A stretch of DNA of 58,746 bases, counting the filler, from Circinaria calcarea (Eukaryota): assembly GCA_051942165.1 (NCBI GenBank). It is 8 parts of 8 records of this genome, joined end to end, with 100 filler letters (N's around TTAATTAATTAA, not from the genome) between each part and the next. Parts side by side here need not be neighbours in the genome. Positions count along the whole stretch, not along the records: positions 44,172 to 51,409 come from JAVECS010001378.1; positions 51,510 to 58,746 come from JAVECS010001379.1; 6 more parts are not named here. One strand, 5' to 3'. The notes beneath the pieces are model-generated. The model saw nothing but the letters and a program-made list of their open reading frames with translations. It was not told the DNA's origin and did not search any database. Both the position numbers and the translations under genes were made by a program. This document shows positions 48,342 through 58,746 of this stretch, piece by piece. Every line of letters starts with the position of its first letter. Position 1 is the stretch's first letter.

Positions 48342-48529
48342 TATTTTTAAAATACATACAAATATATATATAATATATAACTAGATTAAAAAAAAAAATA
48401 GTTTTATATGGGAGACTCTCGATTCCTTATTTAAATTATTATATTTTTAGATGAGTCTTAACCTTACTTATATATTAACGTAAATTAAAAAAAAAAATCC
48501 ATCCATCCATCCATCCATCCATCCATCCC

Positions 48530-49339
48530 TTATTGATGCGAATACTATCCAAGCCTTTCTTCAAGGATTAGCCCTGAGGCACGCAAATATCCTTTGAATT
48601 CATTATGGGGTCATATAAGGCATATAATGCGAAAGCTTTCAAATTAGGATTGTTTTCAAACATACAAGGATTAAAAGTACCTTGCCCACTAGATTTTAAT
48701 TTAGCTAACACATTAGCAAAATGAGCCGCGAAAGGTTGGTTTGTATTCAACCCATTAAACCGTTAATAACCCCTGCTAAGTTGATTTGCATCATCGCTAA
48801 TTGTGACATCTACTACTTTATACTTTGGACCAATATTAGTAAAGCTACCGCTTTGGCCTACTTGTAGAGTGACTGGTGTATCTACAATAGGTTGAAGTTT
48901 AGATTGACCATAACCCGGTTGAGCACCACCAGCTTGACCACCAACAGTATGAGCACCACCGACTTGACCTACACCACTAATAGTTAAACTAACCATGTGT
49001 GATATAGATGTCTTGCCATCAACTAATTTAAATCCAGATGTATTATGCATATATGAATATTATGCAGTTATTTCTAGTAATGCTTGTATCATTTTAAATG
49101 CTACTGAATATACTGAACCAATTAAGTAAAAAAAAATTACTTAATATATTTAAATCTAATTATAGTGTAATAAAAAGTAAACTTCGGACACATCATACTA
49201 CAAATATAGTAGTAATTAATATTAATGTTCCAAGAAGAGTAAATTTATTAAGAAATTTACTCTTAAACATTGAAAAGAAAGTCTTTAAGAGTGGCAGACT
49301 TACAAAGTCTGCTGGAGGTTTAGAGGGACTCTTTAAACA
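48530..49339 (-). pseudogene. Degraded paralog 'B' of ORFs A/C, headed by a cox1 3'-tail copy
   Basis: CLKSPSKPPADFVSLPL, then a hydrophobic segment with TAA stops, a G/Q linker, and DDANQLSRGY*RFNGLNTNQPFAAHFANVL. Confidence 0.7.
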
Positions 49340-49341
49340 TC

Positions 49342-50715
49342 TTAAGGAGCATTACGTAGGGAATCTCTTAATGCCTTAGTATTACTAAGATTGTATCATT
49401 TCGGATTTCCGTATTCACCGGAAGGATTCTCAATTAACTTGTATAAATCTCGCTCCTTGGTATATATATGATCCAACACAAAATGTTCATGATTAGGTAA
49501 AAAAAGAAATTTTCCCATTTGTCTGCCACCTAGCTTATAATGGTGATCTAGAGCAGAAGCGATATTACCAGCAAGTGGTTGATTAGTACCATTCGGGTTA
49601 TAACCAGCTTGCGCTTGATTTAAAGGATCATTTATCTGTAAAGGTCCGGTTCTTAAACCAGCTCGTCCTTGATTAGGATCACCTCAGGTGTTACCGGCTA
49701 TATTACCAACATTTGCTGGATGAGGATTATTGGAAGTCCCGGCTAGATTACCAGCATTTGCTGGATTAGCATTATTTGGATAACCGGCTATATTCCCAGC
49801 ATTTGCTGGATTATGATTGTTCATACTACTTGTATATGGTAACATAAAATTACTGCTCTTTTTGGGAGCTAGTTGTGTTGTTTCTAGAGAGCTAGAATCA
49901 TTAATAGTAATTTTGTTATAATCTTTTAATCTATTATAAACAGCTTCTATAAAAACTTTAATATTCGAGAAAAACTTCTTATCTATTTTTCTAAAATGGC
50001 TAGGTATATTAGATATAATATCCCAAAAGAGTTTAATGTCATCTATAAAACTTAGATCTAAAAAAGGTATAATTAAACAATTAAGGATACTTTTTATATA
50101 AGTAACACTTAAGATAGAAAGAGCACTACTTATACCAAATATAACATCATTCTCGATATATATTATGTCAAAATGTGTTTTGAAATATATTCTAATACCA
50201 ACACTAACAAGAAAAGCTAAAACCATACCAATTACAGACTTTCTAGTGCAAATTTTATTTAAAGCCGTTTTAAATACTGTATAGACTCTTTTTATATCTA
50301 TTACAGGAAAAATTTTACTTTGTAGAGGCAAGCTTACAAAGGCATGAGGGTTAGGTGGACTATTTAAACATCACTCTAATGAATTATACGCTCTATTTAA
50401 GATAGTTTGTAGAGAATCACTATAATATTGTGGTGTTAATCTAGGATATCCCCCAAGAGCTCTCCCTTCCGCTAATTGTACATATATTATGTATAAGAAT
50501 GGTGAAATAAACAAAACTATCTTAGCCATTGTTTTTCTTTCTGCTACGGTTACAAAAGCTACAATTAATAGAACAGGGACAGTAACTAACAAGACTTCTA
50601 GGATGGAAATATAAATTGGTAAAACGTATTTTGAAAACACGTATATTATTATTATAAGTAATATAAAAGCAAAAGTTACTTGATTTATAAAATAAAAAGG
50701 TACTAGTTGCGGCAT
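49342..50715 (-). CDS. Chimeric mitochondrial ORF 'A' (457 aa, code 4): atp8 N-term + nad1 N-term + cox1 C-term + unknown TM/repeat/NQP domain
   Basis: MPQLVPFYFINQ...SKYVLP (atp8); ISILEVLLV.VP.LL.VAFVTVAERKTMA (nad1); FLYIIYVQL...[28 protein letters not shown] (cox1 tail). Open through TGA codons to TAA at 49342. Confidence 0.82.
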
Positions 50716-51409
50716 GTTTAGTTTAAAGATTCGAAATGTTAATGCGATCTTTTATGCATTTATATCTTATATAAGATAAGAGTTTTAGAGGAGAAAAAAA
50801 GAGGGGAAGCTTATAAACTTTTCATCATTTATATAATTTGTTTCTAGAAATATATTCGAGAGATAAATAGGATTATATAGTTATATAATCCTGTTTTTAA
50901 GCTAGTTTACATATTATTGTTTAAATAACTGTCTTGTGATTCGAAGAGATAATTTTATATCTTATTCTGCAATTCAACATTAACTTCGTTCGTATCTAAC
51001 ATTACAGATAAGTCCCAAAACACTCAGCTAAAAATTGTGAAGGGTTCTTAAGAACTTTAGTATGTACAACTACTAATCAGAAATCATAGCACCTTTAATA
51101 AGTACAATAAATGTTAAAAACTGCGTACTCTTCATTGGATAAAAATATAAATACAAATACCAAAATAAAGGAAAGAACTCGGGAGTATATCCTCCCTCGA
51201 ATGTACCGTATTAAAATGTGAAATTCTTCCTATACCCCGTGCAATTTTCTTTAAGTTAAAAAACAAAGAAGAAGATAACCTTAGCTTTAAACAAAAACGT
51301 CTTTTGTTCTTCTCTACTAAACCTTAATTTTTATTAAGGTGGCCATCATTTTCGCTATATAAGCGGATTAGTCCAAAACTAGTTATCAACTGGTTGGCAG
51401 TCAGCCAGC

Positions 51410-51509
51410 NNNNNNNNNNNNNNNNNNNNNNNNNNNNNNNNNNNNNNNNNNNNTTAATTAATTAANNNNNNNNNNNNNNNNNNNNNNNNNNNNNNNNNNN
51501 NNNNNNNNN
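51410..51509. other. Artificial contig linker
   Basis: N run - TTAATTAATTAA - N run. Confidence 0.98.
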
Positions 51510-52045
51510 CCCCATTTCTCCCCCATTTCTTCCCCATCTCCCTCCACCTCTCTTTTTTATAAGGCCTCCCAACAGTGCAGTCAGCACAAACATACACTCG
51601 CATTACCCGGTGCATGCGCGCACTCCCAAGCTTGCATTACCAGTAGAAGTTTAAGGTGGTTGTAATGGTGCTTTAAGGGTCGAAAGTACTGCACCACCAG
51701 TGCTGGAAAGCATTAAGGCTTACCGAGTTACCCCTCACACAACATGTAAACTTTCTCACTTTAATGGTAATTTAGTTTAATTACATACACAGCAATACAT
51801 GCAAATGCCATCACAAATATTAATCAATAAGCATCAGCAGCTTGAGCAGTTCATCCATTGCAACCATGTTTCTATCTTCCGAGTTTCGACAATTAGGCTA
51901 TCAAGAAACTTCGGTCCTGAGCAGCTAAATACGGAGTCTATAAGAGCATATAGCTATTTATGTTTTACCTCCAACCTTAGTATTCTCGTCGTACCGCTGT
52001 CTTACAACGTGGGATTTTGAAAGGCTTGGTCTCGGTCGCGGTGCA

Positions 52046-55000
52046 TCAAGATGGTAGCTCTTTGAGACTTCTCGAGATGAGCTGGATTCTATTCACGATG
52101 ATGGCATCAAGGCCTTCATCGGCTTGAATCTATAAAAGTCTGTGTCAGCACTTTTTGCAAAAATGTTTTGACCCCTCTTTCTCATAACCCGGGCAAACCG
52201 AGTTTGTCAACGACCAAAAGAGCGCATCTCAATCTTACCTTTGCGTTCGCTGGATCGTCGTTCCATGACCCATGAGACACACACATCAGTCCAAAACTCT
52301 TGACATACTGGATGAGTCGAGGACAGAGCACCAACGGATCTGCCATGACAGCAACGCCAGCCAAACTCCATGCTTTGGCAAAGTGAACCGCCTCTTGAAG
52401 ACTGCTGACTCGGTTGTCTCCGACAGGAAATTTCCCACCGTCGGTGACAAATAAGACGGAGTACTTCTGCCGTTTGACGGAAAGAAGAATGCAGATTTCC
52501 GGGCTGAACGAAGATAGTATGACGGATCGACCTCCTCCATACATGTAAAGAACATGGAGTATCTCATCCACAAATACATTCACTTCCACGGCATATGGAT
52601 CCAGTTCCCAATCGTCAGCCTCGAACAACATTGGGTATTCTATTGGTATGCACATTTAGTCATATTTTAAAGAAGGCCATGAAAGGCAGGAACTTACTTA
52701 ACTCGACATTAAGTCCAATGGATTCTGGTAGGTTTTGTAAGACCTCCTTCAAAGTCACTAATGGATTATGGATGTAATTGCCTCGAGTGTTAGCCTTGAA
52801 GCCTTTGAGCTTGAAGTCGAAGGTATTTTTCATCCGCTCCATCAATTCTGTCGTTCTATTATCTCCATACTCATTCAGCGAACGGGATCGAGACCTGCCT
52901 CGAGACAGCATGCCATTTTGGGGATCCTTGAAGTACTTGGCCTCGGTGGTCGAGAGAAGATCGCTGCCAGAAGCTTGCGCTTTGTAGATACTTAAAAACT
53001 GCACACGTGAGTCAGAGATAAACATATTGATGACCCACGGTTCAAGCAGACCTGTTCGAGTTTGAGGGTATGAAGGGGAGTATCAGTTCCATTTTCGTTG
53101 ACTGAAAAGTCATGATAGACTACGGGAATATGATCTCTAGTCAGTTGAACATCTGGTAAAAGCTTAGCAGTTTCGACTTTATCAATTTAGAAAGTTTGTA
53201 AATACCGAACTAATACAAATTAGCTTAGAATAATAACGCGGAAAGATATATTCTAACCTCGACATACGAAGCTCCCAAGTTTACGGCTGATTGAAAAGAC
53301 TAGATTTCGTTCTGTATTAGTTAAGTCATTGTGCCTATTCAAATACATACTTCTATTGTGTTTTCTCCTATCTGTAAGCGTTCACGGCTAGAATCGTTCT
53401 GGCCACTTCCTGTAGAAATTCTCAGTAGGTAAAAGCTACAGATATTATTAAGATTTTTACCTCGATGTCCAATAATAATAGGACTTTGGTCCATCCACTG
53501 ACGATGCTCCGTAACGCTGGAAGAGCCGCCGCATCGCGAAGGAGCAACTACCAAGATACTGAAGGTTATATTACCAATGGATTTGAGAGTAGCTGTCTCC
53601 AATATAGGTATGGTGTAGTCTCTAACGAGACTTTCACGCTTGACTCCCAGATTTGGCCTAAGGTTCGGAAGAATTGCGATCCCGCTACCAAGTAGTTGAT
53701 ATCGTTTGTAGCAGTAATTTGTCTTGGAGAAGATATCGAATACGAGTTTCAACGTTCCTACATCTTTGGTCCAGAAAAGCCATGGCTCATTGCTTCTATC
53801 CTCTAAGAGTGGCAAAGAGGCCATACCACTTGCTTGGGATCCATCGGCGGTGCGTAGCTTAATATAAAGATTGGATTCTGGCGGGGAGTCCTGGGTTATT
53901 AGACCGCTCAAGTCAATGGCTATCACACTCTTTTTTGTACTCAAGGAACCTAGGTTGATGAAGACATAGAAGGGTTTATCGTGATCCTCAAAACTCGACG
54001 ATGGTGTAGTACTGAAAGAGATGTCTGGGTTATTTGTATAACTTTGCTTTCGTGCCGAGTGATTGGAATTAGGGCTTAGCAATAGTTCTCCGGGACAGTT
54101 GACTTCTAGAAGCTCTGCGACCTTCAAAAATCCCCGATAAGCAGCGTACTCTTTCGCCGTCCATCCTCGATTATCACGTATTTCTTGATTCGCTCCAGCA
54201 TCAACCAAAAGCCGTACAATTAGTAGATTTCCAGATCTAGCAGCCATAGTCAAAGGCGTCCAGCCACCACCTAGCTCTGGTGTGTTTAAAATCGTGTTGT
54301 GCTTGGATGATGCATTAAGCAGAAGTTTGACACAGTCTTCCTGGCCGAATCTTACAGCCATATGTAGCAATGTCTGTCCGCTTTCGTCCTGAAATTCCAA
54401 GTCTGTGTTAGATTTCAATAGCAATGCCACACCGTCCACGAAGCCAGATCTGATCGCGGCAAGCAAGGTAGAGCCTGGGATTTTAGCTTTACGATTACCA
54501 TTGTGCTCATCCCTAGAAACATTGCCGCTATAAAATTGGAGAAGAGCCTTGATCACATGAACATGACCACCAATAACGGCAGGACTCAATACTGTCTGTC
54601 CTTCAATGTCCTCCGCCAAGGCAGCTTTCCAGACCAAGACTGATGTACGTGTTGCCATAAACTGGAGAAGAAGCTGAGTTGCTTCTAAATCACCAGATTC
54701 GGCTGCGTAGTGAAGCGGTAACCGCCCAAATACGTCTGGTTCGAGAATGGAGCAAGACTGCTGGACGCTAAGGTGCTCTACGATGTATTTCAGTAGTGAT
54801 ATGGTAGTGCGACTGGATGATGACGATGTATTTTGTGCTGGCCAGTCTGAAGTCTTACGCCTTAATTTGATGGCCAGATAATGAAGACAAGTTTGGCCAT
54901 CGATAAGAGCGGGTCCATGCAGGGAATCGATGTGGGATAGGAGTAGGTTGATGCAATGTCGAGAGCCACAGAGTATCCCATACCGTAAAAATCTCAACAA

Positions 55001-55769
55001 CAGATATTGGTGATGCACAAGTGGCTGGCCGTCTATTAATTCGTGATGACGGATAATCGTATCCAGGGTGCTTGAGTCATCCTCACGGATTGACTTAGTG
55101 GTGATGAAAGACGAACTCGTGAATGATGAATATCGTTTATAGTGAGTGTTCACCAGTAGTGAGTCTTTCTCTGTGGGAAGATGATCTTGAAATCTTACTC
55201 GATTGACGTCGTTCATCAGCGTGTCCACATATTCCAATGTCTCGAGGCATTTTTGCTGACTCGTAAACTCCGAAACACGAAGTCTGGACTCCATCTCTAA
55301 ACCCTGATCATATAACAGCGATTGCGCTTTCTTGGCTTTTTTCAAAACAATCGAGAAGCCATCATGGTTCACCTTGCCAAACCATTGAAGCTTTTTCAAT
55401 AACGTGCGCAGTTCATGCGCTGTTGCAAGAATGTCGTCTAACTCATAGCTATCACCTATCTCGGTCCAGTCACCGGCGCTACAATCATCTTGATGAATTC
55501 CGTAGCAATCTTTCAGCGCGTTCAGTTTGAGGGAAACCACAGCATGTATACGATTGTAGAATCTATCAGTAGCATCTATATTGTTGTTTATAGCAGCAAA
55601 TAGCTCTGATTATCATTAGAAACGTGAATGGCCAGAAGGTTTTGCAATACTTGCCATCTGAATTTGTAGTCGCAGTAGAACTCGCAATCCTCGCCAACTT
55701 GTCATACTTAAGATACGCCGGCGCCCACTCTGGAATCTGATGGAACGGAAGATTCCGACTGAATCTCAT
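52046..55769 (-). CDS. GDE1: Glycerophosphocholine phosphodiesterase, SPX-ankyrin-GDPD, multi-exon
   Basis: SPX start MRFSRNLPFHQIPEWAPAYLKYDKL; ankyrin repeats (GRLPLHYAA, GWTPLTMAA); GDPD IIGHRG, GENT, DVQLTRD, FKANTRG, LSSFSPEIC. Confidence 0.88.
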
Positions 55770-56034
55770 AGTGGTATAACAGCTTCAAGAGCATGTGAAG
55801 AAGAAACGATAAAGCAATGTTCTCGCAGTTCTGAGAAGACAACATGCAACGCTAAAAGTGGTGTGTGGGCATAGCCTCGCGGTGAGCAAAAAGGCTAGTG
55901 GACGATAGTATTGGGCGGGCCCCACTATCATTGGGTTGTGGACGGCATGCGGCTTTATAAGGGACGAATGGTGGTGCATCTCGAAGACAAAGGTCTCGGG
56001 GGCACGGTTCCCCCGAGGGGGGTGAAGAAAGGAC

Positions 56035-58160
56035 AAAGTTTGCCTGGACGTTTGCATGCTCTTAACAATGAAGCAGCTGACTTCGAAATCGTTCTGTACC
56101 AAGTCGCATCGGTCGTTAAGGAGCGTGATCGCCTGCCAAATCTCGAGAGTAAGACCACATATCTCCTGTAGCTTTTAGAGTAGGCCGAGCGCAAACTAAA
56201 AGAGCTTAACCGTATTATCCTTCACCTCAACCGAGCTTGCGATCGTTCTACAAACAAGCCTGCTGTCCTCCGAGCTGGAGCCTGGAAGAAAGAACAAGGA
56301 AAATTACAAGCGTTGCAAGAGGATATCAGAATAATCAAGTGCAACCTCAATATCGAACTTGGTGCATCCAACTCGTATATTACTTTCCAACCAAATCATC
56401 CGGTTGGCCCACAGTTCAGAACTAACCCGTCGTTAGATACGACATGACCCATATCCGGTTGGAATTAGAGACCTTATCAGCCGTCACCTCCCACTATGCA
56501 GAGAAGCAAAGCCATCTTAGCAAGCAATTTCTCATCGACTTAGACGGATATCAAGAACACATTGAAAAGTCTATTACGCAATCTCATCACCAAGTGGATC
56601 AACGAATTGACAGAATTGAAGAGATGCTCAAATCACAATCCGAACAGCTCTAGGCAAGCCAACAGAATCAGCTTGGCCCTTTCTATCAGGTGCCGGCACG
56701 TTATCGACGAGGACGGTCATCACCAAAACCACTAGGTGACTCATCGAAACCTATGTACGCAGACACACTGGGTGTTCGCGTCACCTAGTATAGTGCCACA
56801 TGTCGGCCTGGCTGTAAGTGTGCTTGTCATCTGCAGAATAGGTCTGCGACACCTGCAATTGTGGATCGCGTTCTAGGCAAACTTTTCCTCGGTTATACAG
56901 GTCTGCCCTTTCTCAGTACAAAGTGCGACTCGACCACATGTATCAAATCTCAATCTCCGCGCATCAGCGTGGAGTATTGGTTCCTATTAGGTTTTGTGTG
57001 GTCTCAGATCATCAGACTTTAAATGGGATACAAACCCAACGTCGGACCACAAGTATCATTGAGCACCCTTAGAAGAGTACCGGATTCTGCACAGTGTATC
57101 AGCTTTGCATTGGAAGGCAATATCAATGGCCTCAAGGACTTGTTTATCCGTGGCTTAGCTTCTCCACGGGATGTAAGCAATACTCGTGGCTATTCTTTAC
57201 TCCGAGTAAGAAACATATTCTGTTCATACAAGAATATATTACAGCTAAAAACTCCATAGTGGGCTCTCTATGGTAAGCAATGGAAGGCCTATCAGTCTCT
57301 TGTACATGCAGGCGCAGATCCAGATTACAGGTAGATCTTTTTCATTCTAGACAAATGAGATGGCTGACACCTTCCTTAGACCCATTACAACACACGATAA
57401 CAATCCGAGAAACAAAGCAAGTGATATCATTCTTTAATGTGGGCTTTCTAGAGAGACAGTCGACTTACTCAACTGTTTTACACAACTAAACGACTTTATC
57501 GAAACCTAGAACTTTACTCTGATACACAAGATTGTCTTGGGCTTGTTAGGGCGCAGTCTGGAAGAAGAGATTCTCCTTCAGCCAGATAACGTCAATGCAA
57601 TCGATACATTGGCACGTGCGCCCTTACATTGGGCCGCTGCAACAGGAAACGAACATGCAGTAGGCACTCTCCTGAGCTCTGGTACCGATCCAAATGCATT
57701 AGATGTATAGTAAATCGGTCCGGTATCTTATGCTGCTGAACGGGACCACGTCGTCTGCGTTCGTATGCTCTTAGAAGCCGGTGCCGATCCTAATCCCGTC
57801 ATCCCTGGCGGTATCAAAATAGGCAGTCCTCTTAATTGTGCCTCTCGTAATGCCACTAATCCATTAGTCCTTAAAACTCTACTCGATTTCGGGGCTGACA
57901 TTGAAAGCGAGTGGAGTTGATAACAAGACCCCACTTATCCATGCTTCGCGACTGGACAACGTTAGCTTTGCAATATTATTGCTAGAGTATGGCGCAGATA
58001 TTAATGCAGTGTCTATAGCTGAGCAGGACCCCTTAATCACCGCTATTACCCACAATAGTCACAACGTTCTCCAACTGCTTCTGGATCGCTGGTCTGATTA
58101 CAGCATATGTCCCCGCTTGAAAGGTCCGCATCTTCTTTAAATTATTGCGCTATATGCCGA
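56035..58160 (+). pseudogene. N-terminal helical domain + Cys-rich + ankyrin-repeat gene with multiple premature stops
   Basis: LHALNNE...; CRPGCKCACH; ankyrin repeats (RAPLHWAA, KTPLIHAS, DPLITAI). In-frame TAG/TAA near 56168, 56180, 56650, 56787, 57019, 57708 and 58138. Confidence 0.8.
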
Positions 58161-58161
58161 C

Positions 58162-58746
58162 CAGCGCCGCCAGTAGTCCAAACAGCAGTCCAGAGGCTGG
58201 ATTGTGACTGGCTTGGTAGTCTGAAGGGTGGACTGAGACTGATAGTCTGGACTACAGTCTGGACTACCAAGATTTAATTTATATGATATAATATTGTAAG
58301 AAGCCTAATAAAGATTAGCTTAAAATTAACGTCAGCCCGGAGAATTAAATACAGTGGCATGAATGAACGTTAATGCAACATCGAAATTTTTTCGAAATTT
58401 TTTTTTGGAATTTTTTTTTTTGGAAAATCAAAATCTCTTTTCGATTTTGCGCACGCCAGCTTTTATTATTTCTATTATAATAATTATTATAGCAGCAGCG
58501 ACAGCGTATGTAATTAAATAAATAATTTAAAATAATATTATTATAAAAATAAACTTCTCCTATTTATATTATAATTATTCACTCGTAGATTCATAATAAA
58601 TTACGAAGCCCTCGATATAAGGGGTTGAGATTTTCTATATTAATAATTAAATAAACTCCGCAAGCAAAATTTATAATATTAAATATCTACGTACGAATTT
58701 AGCGTTTTTAATATTATTTTAATATTTATTTTAATTCCTTATTAAT
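58162..58746. mobile_element. Probable DNA-transposon end followed by AT-rich RIP-like relic
   Basis: Ankyrin frame ends abruptly at CAGCGCCGCC, followed by short AGTCC/GGACT subterminal-type repeats in both orientations and then TpA-rich DNA. Confidence 0.45.

Larger units (their letters stand above)
44172..51409 (-). other. Mitochondrial DNA contig (genetic code 4)
   Basis: Very AT-rich; all features on one strand; tRNA order A-F-L-Q-H matches the conserved Pezizomycotina mt cluster; atp8/nad1/cox1 sequence; ORFs join up when TGA=Trp. Confidence 0.92.

Noticed and set aside
50617..50715. Calling this a normal atp8 gene
   Set aside because: Only 33 codons match Atp8 before the frame switches to nad1-like sequence; no stop at the expected ~48 aa.
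50930..51409. Possible rRNA, rnpB or group I intron fragment (TGAATTGCAGAAT...TCGAATC on the minus strand)
   Set aside because: Only short word matches; no convincing structure without a covariance-model search.

Overview
Filamentous ascomycete (Pezizomycotina) DNA, but not one locus. It is eight unrelated contigs of steadily decreasing length (7271, 7269, 7266, 7260, 7253, 7252, 7238, 7237 bp) joined by artificial 100-bp N-TTAATTAATTAA-N linkers. Contig 1 is a full-length Ty3/Gypsy chromovirus LTR retrotransposon with intact gag/pol, a -1 frameshift signal, a self-priming-type PBS, a long Cys/His-rich Gag extension and an extra antisense ORF encoding a Zn(II)2Cys6 plus coiled-coil protein. 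Contig 2: COQ10-like, FAT1-like and cutinase genes. Contig 3: RIP-damaged accessory region (DUF6594, BTB, OTT_1508-like deaminase, F-box-like, DUF3435 Starship-captain-like relic). Contig 4: Ral2-like kelch/BTB, CDC20, partial TFIIA. Contig 5: COG5 and an NsdC-like C2H2 factor. Contig 6: GPI-type protein, PGA2-like, large hypothetical. Contig 7: mitochondrial DNA with trnA-F-L-Q-H and a free-standing GIY-YIG gene. Read with TGA=Trp, it also holds three paralogous unknown ORFs; one is an atp8-nad1-cox1 chimera and two sit behind tandem copies of the cox1 3' tail. Contig 8: GDE1-like gene and a RIP-killed ankyrin gene. Best novelty candidates: the cox1-tail-associated mitochondrial ORF family and the retrotransposon-borne antisense zinc-cluster gene. 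All family assignments come from motif recognition by eye, not database searches.
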